From: Eledone cirrhosa
Taxonomy: Eukaryota
Direction: 5' to 3'
DNA length: 64,000 nt
NCBI GenBank assembly: GCA_964016885.1
Contig: OZ024740.1
Location: 23,374,001-23,438,000, forward strand
The notes under the pieces were generated by a model. That model was not told the DNA's origin. It did not search any database and worked only from the letters and a program-made list of their open reading frames with translations. The position numbers were made by a program, and so were the translations under genes. The number at the start of each line of letters is the position of its first letter. Position 1 is the first letter of the stretch. This document shows, one piece after another, positions 1-11,981 of this stretch.

Positions 1-941
1 ACACATACATACACACACACATATACACAGGCACGCACATACACACACAGACACACACAGGCACACAGACAGAAACACACACACAGGCACACATACACAG
101 ACACACACAGACACACAGACAGACACCCCTCCCCCGATACGCACACAGACAGGCACACCAATACGCAGGAACACACACATACATATATACACATACTTTA
201 ACATACACACGAACACAGGCACACATACACATATATAAAGATACTTACACATACACACCCACACAGAGACACACATACACACACATACACGCACCAAAAC
301 ACAGGCATACACACACATGGAAACACTCACACACACAAACCCTCATACTCATAAATTGACACATCTACTCACACTCACACTCATACATATAAAGTCACAT
401 GTCCAGTTACAAATAACAACACACACACATAAACATAAACATATATATATATATACGCAGATATATATAAATGTATGAATACAAACATACATGTGTGTAT
501 ACCCACATGTATATATACCAACATATATATATATATATACCCACATATATATATATACCCATACATATATATATACCCACACATATATATATTCCGACAT
601 ATATAAATACCCACATGTATATATACCCACATATATATATATATATATATATACCCACATATATATATATACCCACATATATAAATACCTACATGTATAT
701 ATACCCACATATATATATATATATACCCACACATATATATATACCCACATATATAAATACCTACATGTATATATACCCACATATATATATACACCCTCAC
801 ATATACCTAGCAACACAGACACCCTTTACTACAGACATAAAACACGTATCTCTTGAAATATCTCTACACCCCTATATATACCCATATATATATATACCCA
901 CAAATATATATACACATATATATACACCCACACATATATAC

Positions 942-993
<52 letters not shown>

Positions 994-1144
994 CCTCACA
1001 TATACCTAGCAACACAGACACCCTACACTACAGACATAAAACACGTATCTCTAGAAATATCTCTACACCCCTATATATGCCCATATATATATATATACCC
1101 ACACATATATATACCCATATATATACACCCACACATATATATAC

Positions 1145-1182
<38 letters not shown>

Positions 1183-1260
1183 CCTCACATATACCTAGCA
1201 ACACAGACACCCTTCACTACAGACATAAAACACGTATCTCTAGAAATATCTCTACACCCC
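1..1260. repeat. (CA)n/(TA)n-derived low-complexity array with three copies of an ~80-bp core
   Basis: CACCCTCACATATACCTAGCAACACAGACACCC...AAATATCTCTACACCCC recurs at ~792, ~991 and ~1180 between (TA)nCCCAC units. Confidence 0.85.
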
Positions 1261-1419
1261 TACCAAGCTTTACCTTCGTCTCTGTCCTTTTTCGATATAA
1301 TCTAATTTATCTCTGTTTTATCTTCGTTATTTTCATGATGGCCACCTATTGAGATTTTATCGCAGACCCCACCTGCTTTTGCATTTGCTTTCTTATATAT
1401 ACGTTACTTACAAACATAA

Positions 1420-1525
<106 letters not shown>

Positions 1526-1623
1526 ACACGCACACACACACATATATATATATACGTATATGTGATATATATATTTATATATATATATGTATATATATAT
1601 ATGTATATATATATATATCATAA

Positions 1624-2520
1624 TCTATAAAGCTCAGTGTGTGGTCATGTTCCTTCGTTATAGAAATCTACGATATAGAATTTCTTCAATTGAAATTTAC
1701 AATTCAGAATTCGAAATAGATTCGATTGCGTCTTGACGCAGATAATTTTTTCACTTTCACCCACAATTACGCAAAAAATAGATAAAACTCAATATTTTAC
1801 GATTTTACTCTCTCATTTAATCTGCTGAACTCTTTCTACTACCATTCAAAATCTATACAACTTCATACTTTCTGCTACTTTCTCTTTCCAAGCTTAAGGG
1901 TGATACTGTCCGTTCACACCACTCCCTACTGTCTTAAATTTAGAAAACACATATCCTCTATGAGGTTACTAAACCTGCTAGAAACAGCAGCTAACTCTCC
2001 CCCCCCCCCCTAACACACCCCTCCCTACTGTCTTAAATGTAGAAAACATATCTTCTATGAGGTCACTAAACCTGCTTGAAACAGCAGCTAACTCTCCCCC
2101 ATATCACACCACTCCCTACTGTCTTAAATTTAGAAAACACATATCCTCTATGAGGTCACTAAACCTGCTAGAAACAACAGCTAACTCTCCCTCATATCAC
2201 AACCCTCCCTACTGTCTTAAATTTAGAAAACACACAGACAACCATGCAGAACAACTCCATCGCAGCTCTGTTATTCGGCTGGTATCGTCTACTCGCGTGT
2301 TGCGCAAGTACTGTGAAACAATAAATTTCAACACATTTTTGCACAGAGATAATATCCATAGGCGAAACTACAATTGTCACTACTGGCGCAGCTCATGCTT
2401 CCAGGTCTGCAATTCATTCACCCAGTGCCTGGCAGACAAAAAAGTGCTGCCATAAAATGGGTGGTGCAACCTAACTTTGGTAACTTAATGACCCCGAGCA
2501 ATGCCGGGCTTTAATGCTAG
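1624..2520 (+). mobile_element. putative non-autonomous Helitron
   Basis: 5' A|TCTATAAAG; 3' hairpin CCCGAGCAATGCCGGG followed by CTAG|T at 2517-2521. Confidence 0.5.
1915..2235. repeat. ~95-bp tandem repeat, about 3.4 copies
   Basis: CTCCCTACTGTCTTAAATTTAGAAAACACATATCCTCTATGAGG...GAAACAGCAGCTAACTCTCCC repeated. Confidence 0.9.
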
Positions 2521-2749
2521 TATATATATATATATATATATACGTATATGTCAGCAAATAAATGTTCTAAACTAAAATTTGATCGTTTTAACACTTTGTG
2601 TCTCGGCCCTGTAAAACACTTAAACATTTGCATTGAGCCTTTTGTCATACATGTAGCCGGCAGGTACTTAGTACTAGCCTCCATATTTATATTTGTATTA
2701 AACATATATAAATATAAATATTCTTATTACTATATATATATGTATATGT

Positions 2750-3375
2750 GATATATTTTCTTTAGGTCGTTTTGGAAGCCTCAACTATGCAGATGGGTAA
2801 TTCTCCGGGTAACAAGATACGATGGTGAAGAGATGTAAGTTAATGTAGAATGAAATGTATAGTGTGTAGAAGAACGTAGGAAGAGCGTAAAAAATAAAAA
2901 TAATAACACGAGATAGAGTTATCTTGGGAGAGACTTAATTGCCCCTATATTTCGGATTCACAGAGGTCGGCCGCCGAACTCTGCTTGATTGAACTCATTT
3001 TGCGCGCGTGCGCGCTCTGCTGAATACCTCTGATATTCAAAACAACGAACAGCAAAGGACTCGTATCGCTCCTATCCGACAGATAACCTTTCCCCCCTCG
3101 GAAAACCCCCCAGTTGATGGATGTGAATCCGAAATATAGGGACAATTCAATCTCTCGCAAGCTAACTCTATCTAGTGTTATTATTTTTTTTTACGCTCTT
3201 TCCTACGTTCTTCTACACACTATACATCTCATTCTACATTTAGCTACATCTCTCTCTTCACCACCGGATCTTGTTACCCGAAGAATTACCCATCTGCATT
3301 GTTGAGACTTCCTAAACACCTAAAGAAAATATATCTTATTATTCCACAATGCTTCAAGCAAACTTCAATACTCTC
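2750..3375 (+). mobile_element. foldback insertion (arms ~2750-2961 and ~3123-3335, plus tail) with a degenerate hammerhead
   Basis: GATATATTTTCTTTAGGT...ACCTAAAGAAAATATATC inverted arms; CCC-CAGTTGAT-GGAT gtga ATCC-GAAA-TATA-GGG at 3107-3141; TA-rich flanks. Confidence 0.65.
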
Positions 3376-3380
3376 ATATG

Positions 3381-3434
<54 letters not shown>

Positions 3435-3436
<2 letters not shown>

Positions 3437-3632
3437 AACGAGTAGGACACCGGCGGCTGAGCTCAAGCCGTTTCGGCGGCTAATTCTGGATTAGTAGTCC
3501 AGAATTACCCGTCGAAACGGCTTGAGCTCAGCCGTCGGGGTCCTACTCGTTCCTATTATCCACTCTACTACCCTAAGTATTGAGTACTTTGGTGCGTTAT
3601 GGTCCACCTGGTTCCTTACCACATTTCCTTCG

Positions 3633-3634
<2 letters not shown>
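3435..3634 (+). mobile_element. family A hairpin+tail insertion in (TA)n
   Basis: GGAACGAGTAGG...CCTACTCGTTCC palindrome plus ~80-nt tail ending CATTTCCTTCGTT; near-identical copies at 20466, 29565 and 40275. Confidence 0.85.
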
Positions 3635-3678
<44 letters not shown>

Positions 3679-3744
3679 AGAAGAACGTAGGAAGGAGCGT
3701 AAAAAATAAATAACACTAGTTATAATAATAATATATATAATAAT

Positions 3745-3922
3745 TGTTTCTACTTTTTGGCACAAGGCCAGCAATTTCCCAGTACATTACTGGTACTTTA
3801 TTTTATCGACCCCTTAAGGATGAAAGGCAAAGTTAACCTCTGCGGGATTTCAACTCAGATCGTTAAGGGACGAAACTATGCTGGAAAGCATGGTGTCTAA
3901 CTCTCTACCGATACTGCCAAAT
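3745..3922 (-). mobile_element. tRNA-derived SINE
   Basis: Reverse complement of the SINE at 40050: TGGCAGTATCGG A-box-like motif, B-box-like motif, GCCTTTCATCC...GGGGTCGATAAAATAAAGTACCAG body. Confidence 0.85.
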
Positions 3923-3947
3923 ATTAATATATAATAATGTATATATA

Positions 3948-4066
3948 GTAATAATAATAAATTTGAAGACTAAAATCCAAAGAGGGCTCGAAAAGGATAA
4001 ATATATATCAAATATATAAGAAACGATTCTTTGCTTAAACTTTAAACTGTTATTTTAATAAATAAA
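3948..4066 (-). mobile_element. family M short (TA)n insertion (tail plus arm end)
   Basis: TGAAGACTAAAATCCAAAGAGGGCTCGA shared with the copies at 35290 and, reverse-complemented, 23812. Confidence 0.7.
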
Positions 4067-4091
4067 TATATATATATATATATATATATAT

Positions 4092-4893
4092 GGAAAGTTA
4101 TATTTAAATTGTTGGGTTACAACTAGTAAATATTTATAACTGATATAAAAGCACTCGACAAATATTTGGAGTATATTTACAATATTAAATAAATGGAAAC
4201 TATATTTATAAAACCATATTTATTTCATTATATATATTTCAGGGATATCATATTAACAATATGCTATGCCTTCCTCAGACAAAATACAATATAAACAGTT
4301 TTATAGATAAATAGATTCGACATACCGTAACAACATCTACTTGCATTTGAGAAGGTCGATTTGGTAGTGACAAAATTGTACACAGAGAGAAAGAAAGAGA
4401 GACATTAATACTAGAGCTAAATAAATAAATAAATAAATAAATGTATCATTGATACGTTATTCAACAGTCGTCCCACTACCTAGCTTTCTATATATGTATC
4501 TATCTCTATTTCCTCTCTCTCTCTATATATATATATATGTCTCTTTCTGTTTCTTTACATGAAGTTCTTCTCTTTATCTATCTTTCCATCTCTCTATTTT
4601 GTTCCATGCATTTCTTCTTTTTCTTTTTCTTCGTTTTTCTGTCTTTCTTTCCTTTTTTCTCTCTTTTTCTCTCTTTCTCTCTCTCTTTCTTTCTCTCTGT
4701 GTACAATTTTGTCACTACCAAATCAACCTTCTCAAATGCAAGTAGATGTTGTTACGGTATGTCGAACCTATTTATCTATAAAACTGTTTATATTGTATTT
4801 TGTCTGAGGAAGGCATAGCATATTGTTAATATGATATCCCTGAAATATATATAATGAAATAAATATGGTTTTATAAATATAGTTTCCATTTAT
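4092..4893 (-). mobile_element. family B foldback insertion with two hammerhead copies; tail on the left
   Basis: Inverted arms ~4178-4402 and ~4680-4893; tail 4092-4177 contains AGCACTCGA; (TA)n on both sides. Confidence 0.85.
4796..4861 (+). ncRNA. type I hammerhead ribozyme (mirror copy 4220-4285 on the minus strand)
   Basis: Stem I TATTTTGT/ATGAAATA; core CTGAGGA; stem II AGGCATAGCATAT..ATATGATATCCCT; GAAA-T ATAT A-TA with palindromic short stem III. Confidence 0.8.
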
Positions 4894-4922
4894 TTAATAT
4901 TGTATATATATATATATATATA

Positions 4923-4950
4923 TTTCGTTTCTGACCCTCCCAAAGTATAA

Positions 4951-4954
<4 letters not shown>
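4923..4954. mobile_element. ~32-bp termini-only remnant of family C (Naiad-like PLE)
   Basis: TTTCGTTTCTG is the reverse complement of the tail end at ~36843-36853; it is fused to TGACCCTCCCAAAGTATAAGAATA, the arm end seen at ~36772-36795. Confidence 0.7.
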
Positions 4955-5030
<76 letters not shown>

Positions 5031-5154
5031 TCATATGAGGATGGCAGCTGATAATAAGGAGTTTTCAAAGTAGAGTGTAAATATTCATGAAATTATGGTT
5101 AAATTGTGAGTCTTGTAATCTGGAGTATCTACGTAATAAAATAAATACACACGT

Positions 5155-5213
<59 letters not shown>

Positions 5214-5233
5214 GTGGTGTGTGTGTGTGTGTG

Positions 5234-5290
<57 letters not shown>

Positions 5291-5563
5291 GTGGTGTGTG
5301 TGTTGTGGTGTGAATGGTGTGTGGTGGGTGTTGTGGTGTGTGTGGTGTCTGGTGGGTGTGGTGTGTGTGTGTTGTTTTCTGTTGCGTGTTGTGCTGTGAG
5401 TGCTGTGGTTTGTGTGGTGTGTGGTGTGTGTGTGTTGTGGTGTGTGTACTTTCAAATATACGGAGTATCATTAGAAATAATATATTAAAGGAGGTGTGAT
5501 TATCACAAATGTGTGTATGATATATAAGATGTATAACATATTATATGTATATGATGTATGACG

Positions 5564-5592
<29 letters not shown>

Positions 5593-5597
<5 letters not shown>

Positions 5598-5772
5598 GTA
5601 TCGGTAGAGAGTCGGACGCCATGCTTTGAAGCATAGAGTTGCGTCCCTTTATGATCTGAGTTCAAATCTCGCCGAGGTTAACTTTGCCTTTCATCCTTAC
5701 GGGTTCGATAAAATAAAGTACCAGTAATGTACTGGGTAATTGCTGGCCTTGTGCCAAAAGTAGAAACAATTA
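5593..5772 (+). mobile_element. tRNA-derived SINE
   Basis: TGGCAGTATCGGTAG, GAGTTCAAATC B-box, conserved body, ends CCAAAAGTAGAAACAATT. Confidence 0.9.
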
Positions 5773-5802
5773 TATATATATATATATATATGATGTATAA
5801 CG

Positions 5803-5859
<57 letters not shown>

Positions 5860-5865
<6 letters not shown>

Positions 5866-6190
5866 TTTTCACCGTATTTTTTTTACTAAAGAAGTATTAG
5901 CCTGATAGTGGGGTTTAGAACCCTCAGAGAAATTGAAATATCAATACCCTAGAGGTATGTCATATATCAAATCATATATTTTATCTGACGAGGACGTACT
6001 GGAAAAAAAAACAACACAGTACCTTCGAAAAACATATAATAAAGCATAGATTTTGATTATATGAATATCTTTCATTTGTTAATATTTTGAATAATATTAA
6101 AACTCCAGGAATATTTCGTTGTTGAGTGCTTTTAATCTATTCTAAAACTGTATTCATTGAGTAATTAATGAAACATATTAATCTTTGGTT
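5860..6190 (+). mobile_element. family D hammerhead+tail insertion
   Basis: Homologous to 40515-40830; tail with TTGAGTGCT at 6122 followed by (TA)n. Confidence 0.7.
5978..6044 (+). ncRNA. type I hammerhead ribozyme, stem III degenerate
   Basis: TTTTAT-CTGACGA-GGACGTACTG..CAGTACCTTC-GAAA-AACATA-TA-ATAAAG. Confidence 0.7.
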
Positions 6191-6211
6191 ATATATATAT
6201 ATATATATATA

Positions 6212-6775
6212 CTAGCCGAATTACCCGCGCCTTACTGCGTTTCACACATTTTCTTTGTAAGAAAATGATGATTGATTTTAGATCAGTCATATAATTTATG
6301 GAGTAAAACTCTGCATTCCTGTATTACTTAATGTAAAATGTAATGCATGAGAAATTGGTAAACATTATTTTTTACAATATATCAAATCAAAATTACATTA
6401 TTTAATCTTATTCTTATTTTGTGTCTTGTAAATATTTTTTTTCAAAATATCAATTCCAAACTTGATCATTTCATTTTTATGTAAAGCATTATTTTCACTA
6501 TAGGGGGTTTAACCTCCATTAGGGTTTCTTAATATTACTGAAATTTGCTGAAATTTTGTGAGTAAGCATCATATTTTGTCATTTACCTATGGTTTAAATT
6601 TCATATGAATCGAAGGGAAAAGATTTCCAGCGGGGGTTTGTGCCCCCGGAGAACACTTTGATTAAAATGAAACATACTTATCCAAGTAACCTGTAGTTTC
6701 AGATTACATTTAGTCATAGGAGGAGTTCGTGAACAAACAAACAAACAGGCAGGAACTGCAATTTATATATATAGA
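6212..6775 (-). mobile_element. non-autonomous Helitron
   Basis: Minus strand begins A|TCTATATATATAAA and ends GCGCGGGTAATTCGG-CTAG|T. Confidence 0.65.
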
Positions 6776-6782
6776 TCTATAT

Positions 6783-6980
6783 ATAAATAATAACAACAGT
6801 GACAAACAGGTACTCAAGTCTCGTTGGATTCTGGGCCCCAACTCATTCAGCCTGATAACAGGCTGAATGAATTGGGGCCCAGAACCCAACGAAACTTGAG
6901 TACCTCTTTATGTCACTGTTGTAATTATTTATACTAAACTCGTCCTGTTGACTGAGTGTTCTTACCTTTGGGTATTTCCA

Positions 6981-6983
<3 letters not shown>
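6783..6983 (+). mobile_element. family F hairpin+tail insertion
   Basis: Palindrome ~6781-6933 centred at ~6856; tail with CTGAGTGTT followed by (TA)n. Confidence 0.8.
6858..6905 (+). ncRNA. hammerhead-like ribozyme with 8-nt core CTGAATGA
   Basis: AGG-CTGAATGA-(G/A)TTGGG..CCCAAC-GAAA-CTTGAG-TA-CCT. Confidence 0.6.
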
Positions 6984-7020
<37 letters not shown>

Positions 7021-7024
<4 letters not shown>

Positions 7025-7735
7025 ACGTAAAATAAGAACATTTATTAAAAAAATTTTTTTTTTTAAATTAACTTACTTAAATTTTCACTCCAACTAATTA
7101 GTTACGTAATGAACTGTTGAGAATTTCATTGCGTCATCAGGGAGGTCATTCTCAGCTGAGTCTCCAGGCGATGCGCGGACACTGGGGACTCATATAAAAA
7201 TAATAATAATTCGGCAACTGGAACAGCTATCGAGGACTGGATTCCAGCCACTGAAAATTCTCACTGCCACTGATCATATGGCCGATTCTAAAGAAACAAT
7301 CACGCGACACATTCTTTAGAATCGGCCATATGATCAGTGGCAGTGAGAATTTTCAGTGGCTGGAATCCAGTCCTCGATAGCTGTTCCAGTTGCCGAATTA
7401 TTATTATTTTTATATGAGTCCCCAGTGTCCGCGCATCGCCTGGAGACTCGGCTGAGAATGACCTCCCCGATGACGCAATGAAATTCTCAACAGTTCATTA
7501 CGTAACTGTCTTTATCCCATTGCAGAAACTAATTAGTTGGAGTGAAAATTTAAGTAAGTAAGTTAATTTAAAAAAAAAAATTTTTTTAAGAAATGTTCTT
7601 ATTTTACGTCTTATATATTATTGTTCTGCATTCTCCTGCATTGAACCACCTAGGTACTATGACATAACCTGTGTATTTGCTGGCATTAGCGTACATCTGT
7701 GCGCTTATGTTAGTAGATATATTAAATTATCTCTA
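7021..7735 (+). mobile_element. family G ~600-bp palindrome plus tail
   Basis: Arms ~7021-7295 and ~7312-7615 are near-perfect reverse complements; (TA)n flanks; right end approximate. Confidence 0.85.
7463..7542 (+). ncRNA. type I hammerhead; core CCGATGA here, CTGATGA in the left arm
   Basis: CTCC-C(C/T)GATGA-CGCAATG...CATTGCA-GAAA-CTAATTAG-TT-GGAG. Confidence 0.65.
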
Positions 7736-7790
<55 letters not shown>

Positions 7791-7794
<4 letters not shown>

Positions 7795-8456
7795 CAAATT
7801 TAGACGGGAACAAAACAGAGAAGCAGACAAATAAAGGTTTATTAGGTTCACGCTCTTGAGAGTGTGTGTGTGGGGGGGGGGGGGGCGTTTCGGGCATAAG
7901 CCCTTTTTCAGGAGTAAATAGGTTAGGAAGAGAGTTCCAAGGATGTGTGGAAATACATTTAGAAAAAAGGGGGAAGGAGAACAAATAAAAATAAAAATAA
8001 ACGTAAAAATAAACATAAGAATAAACAATAAGATGAACAAGTGGTGGAAGGGTGTGAGGTGTGTAAGGGTGGTGGCGGGTGGAGTTGGGAGAGCGAGGCG
8101 GGGGGTCGAAGCGGAAAAGGCTGAAGGTGGTGTTTGTGTATGTGTGTAGGTGTACGTGAGTGTGTGTGCGTGTGTATGTGAGAGTTGGAGGAAGAACGAG
8201 GTTCCATGTTCAGGAAAAGGTGTGTACGTGGGGTGGGGTGTAAGTCGGTGTGTGTGTGCGTGTGGAAGGAGGGGGTCAGGGAGTGGGGGAGGGTGTGTGG
8301 AATCCGGAGTTTGTGTGTGTATATGTGGGGGTACGCACGCGTGTGTTTGTGTTTATACGTGGTGTGGATGTAAGTAGCGTGGTGCGAAAGAAATGTGAGT
8401 GTATGTTCGTGGGTAAGTTCCTGAGGTAGTTCCGTCAAGTGTGAGAAGAGATGGTG

Positions 8457-8458
<2 letters not shown>
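7791..8458 (-). mobile_element. 3'-end (pLTR) fragment of the Neptune-like PLE
   Basis: Aligns by eye with 26039-26700, including GTTTCGGGCATAAGCCCT and CATGTTCAGGAA. Confidence 0.8.
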
Positions 8459-8503
<45 letters not shown>

Positions 8504-8716
8504 ATATTTGGGGAGGGTCATATTTGCGTAATATTGCCAGAATTAATAACAGAACACACTCACTGTTTGGTTGGTTTTCGCTTCTCGCTGTCTTTTATAT
8601 ATATATATCTGCGATCTAACTTACTCGGTCCTCAATGTTGCCATTGACTGACTGGCGGTCAAAAATAATACAGATACAATATAGACAAACACATATATAT
8701 ATAGTTTACATAATTT

Positions 8717-8757
8717 ACATAAATCTTTCGTTGCACATCTGCAACATCGTCAGTGGT
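8717..8757 (-). ncRNA. pLTR hammerhead candidate
   Basis: Minus strand: ACCA-CTGACGA-T-GTTGCA gatg TGCAAC-GAAA-GATT-TA-TGT; stem I is weak. Confidence 0.6.
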
Positions 8758-9025
8758 GTTATATTCATTGTTCCTCCTGTTGTGTTGTATGTCTACGCCA
8801 TTTTTTTTGTTCAATCTGTCTATATATTTATTTATTTATTTGCTTGTTTGTTTATCTTATTTTATTTTGTCTTCTTTGCGCATGCGTTTGCGTGTGTGTA
8901 TAGTGTTATGTGTGATGTGTGACTAGTGTGTATAGTGTTGTGTCTGCTGGGTGACTAGTGTGTGTTTATGTGCTTGTGTATGTATTTATTTATCTTATTT
9001 TATTTTATTTTATTTACTTATTTAT

Positions 9026-11925
9026 TTATACTTCTCTTAGGTCAGTGTTGTTTGTTTGGGTGTTGTTGTTGTTCCACTCATTCTTTCTGTTTAGCTTTGG
9101 TCTTCTAATTTCTATTTCACTGGCCTCTCTGATTTGCCTATCTGCTGGGTCATTCCTATGTTTAGATATTATTCTAATTTCTATGTTGTCTATGTTACCG
9201 TCATGTTGTTGTCTAGCATGTTCGTATAGTACTGACCCGTTTTTTCGTCCTTTTAGTTCCCCCCAGTGTTGGTCTATCCTTTCACCTATGCTGTCTCACC
9301 TATGTATGTTGTTGTCGTGTTTCTGCAAGTACCCTCTGTACATCTTATGCTATAGACTACGTTTCTAGTTTTACAGTTTATCCGGGGGTTCACCTTACAT
9401 ATGATACATTTCCTATTGGTACAGTGGGTTTTCTTAAAAGGGTAGGTTTTGCTGATCAGGGATTTTATGGTGGTTCCTGGCTTTTCTACCACCTTTATTT
9501 TTAAGTGGGTCTTTCTCAGGGCCTTTCTACACTGGTTAGCTAATTTCCCTCCAGGGGTGGCGTCCACAAACATGACACTCTGATATCTCTGGTTGTCGTA
9601 CCATGATGTGGCCTTCCCTATCTTATGTCTAGCCCTATCTAAGCTATTCCATGATTTGCTCCTGTATAGTGGGCAAATTCATTTCATGTCCAGTTCTATG
9701 AGGGTCTTATACTTTTCCATGGCTCCTTCGTATACTCTGACTCTGTCTCTTTGGTTGTAGCCAGAGAACTGCATGCGGTTGATGAAGCGTTGGATGTGTC
9801 CTTCCATTTCTGTTGGGTCGCACATGCTGGACACATTCTTCATCACTCGTACCAAATCTGCGATCAGAATATTAAACTTAGCACTACTGGACATTGCTGA
9901 GTTTTTGAGTATCAGGTATTTGGAGGCCATGGGTTTAGCATAGTGTGAGTGGAGAATTTGGGCTCTCTCGTCTATAGTGTTAATCCAGAGTTCTGTGTCT
10001 AATACAGGTAGTCTATTGTTAGGGTGTTTGGAAGGGAAGTCTATAGTTACAGTTATACTCTGGTGTATGGAATTAGCTATCTGCTGGATGCTTTCCATCG
10101 TGCTACGTTCTAAATCAAACTTGTTAGTGCTCTCTAGTGGGGGTGTTCTTATAACTATATTGATATCGTCTACATAACGAGAGTACATGATGAGGTCTAT
10201 GGAGCTTTCATTAAGGAGATCTTTAAGTCTCCTTTCCCACCATACCATGAAAAGGTTGGCAACATCACCAGCTATGCTGACGCCGATGGCTGCTCCCTCA
10301 TTTTGGGTGTAGATTTTCTCATTGAACTTAAATATGTGGCCCTTTAGGGTAGTTTTGATACTAGCCCCTATTGCATGTGCGACCATTTTTCTTACCTGAT
10401 CAGTGTTTTGGGGGGTCCGTATAGCTTTGGTCCACCCAATCCACCTTCCTATGGGAGTCTTTTTAGCCATTGAGGTTATGGTGGGGGGTCTACCTCTTAT
10501 AGGTCTACTAGGGCAGAAACATCTATGGTCATGGCTGTCTAGGTAGTCAGTGTCGTAGGTAAGTCTAAGTAGGAGGCCCAGTTCGTCTGTGTCGACGTCG
10601 CAGAACTCCACCTCACTCTCAATGATCATCTCCACACATCTTTTCACAGCAAAATCAATGTTAATGGATGGGTACAGTGACACCACATCCATGCTGCCTA
10701 TTATGCAGTTGGATAGGCTCCTGTTTTTGTTGCACTCACTGATTCTGCTGAGGAGGTCCTCTGTACTTTCACATACATCTGGGGACATCTTGATTATGGG
10801 GCGTATAACCATTGAGAGGAAGTAGGAGATCCTGTAGTTGCTAGCTATATTAGCTCCGCATACGGGTCTTGTTGGTGGTCCTGTTGTCGGGTCGTCGACT
10901 GTCTTGTGGTCTTTGCGGAGCCCATACAAGGGTGGTATGCCATTGTTAGACGCCTGGAAGTTGTTGGCAGTGCGTCTGCTTGGCTTTAGGATGTCAGTCC
11001 ACATCATCATGTGAGCGTTGAGGATTTTTTCTCTCCCATCGTGTGTTAGTTGTGCAACTTCGCTCGTGTTGGTGATGTGGGGTTGCATTGCCTCGATGTA
11101 GTTCGGCATGCTATCTATTGACATCCTACCAGACTTATCTGTGGGTAGACACACTACTTCACCATCCCTTGTGCGCTGCTTGAGGCTAACCAAGCCTTCT
11201 ACAGGTTTTATCCCAAGTTGTTGGGCCGCTGGTCTGCTCTGTCTCATAGTGTACCTGTCTACTACTTGTCTAATCTTATTTCTAGCTATGGTGAACTGTG
11301 CCTCCGTCTCGTCATCTATTTGCTGTGGTATGCAAACTCTTTTATTAAAGGGTAACCTCGTAGGATAGATATTACCCATCTTATATGTTTTGTCAGCTGG
11401 GTTGAAAAATAGTTTCTCTAAGGGGTTGTCGTTATTTCTATCGTCATAGTTGTGTGTGTTGCTATTATTGTTATCATGGTGGTTGTTGTTGTTTCTATCA
11501 TTAGCATTAATATTATTATTGTTATGATTGCTAGATGTATTGTTGTTTACTTCACCGTTATTTTTGTTGTTGTTGTTCGTATTGTTACCGTTATTACTAC
11601 TGTGGTCACTGTTGCTGTGTCTGTGGTTAACGTTTCTATTATTATTATTATTGTGGTTGTTGTTGTTCTGTCTATCGCTAGTATTATTACCATTATCACT
11701 ATTTCTCACTTTCCTGCCATTGTTATGGTTATGGCTGTTATTTCTATACCCAGAGTTATTTTTTATATTACTACTACCGTTATTATTGTTGTTGTTGTTT
11801 ACCTTTGCATTCCAACGTATTTTTGTGAAACACTTTTCCAGCTCCGTTTTGCATTCCATAGGGTTAATCTTTTTGTAGATGGCAAATTTTGGTGGTAACT
11901 TTAGGATTTGTTGTTCTTGTTCAAT
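9026..11925 (-). pseudogene. PLE RT-GIY-YIG polyprotein with one in-frame TGA (9679-9681) and one frameshift (~9290)
   Basis: TDKSG, PPLYGLRKDHK, RPVC, SMDVVSLYPSI, QNEGAAIG, RYVDDI, LPVLD; after the TGA: ICPLYR..MFVDATPGGKL..CTNRKCIIC..NVVYSIRC..YIGETA; shifted frame: IGERIDQH..RQIREA..LNRKNEW. Confidence 0.92.
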
Positions 11926-11981
11926 ATCTGTTTCGACACACGATTTCATATAAAAAACCTCGCAAAACTAATTCATCGCCG

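Noticed and set aside
1955-2190. Hammerhead in the 95-bp tandem repeat (CTATGA..GAAAC)
   Set aside because: The core lacks a G and stems I and II do not close properly.
3435-7615. Palindromes interpreted as MITEs, or as assembly chimeras
   Set aside because: Asymmetric tails, variable centres and hammerheads argue against MITEs. Substitutions between arms and recurrent fixed ends argue against read fold-back artefacts.
9679-9681. In-frame TGA as selenocysteine (reported for some Naiad PLEs)
   Set aside because: The context DMK*ICPLYR fits a Gly (GGA to TGA) position rather than Cys, the copy is also frameshifted, and I identified no SECIS.
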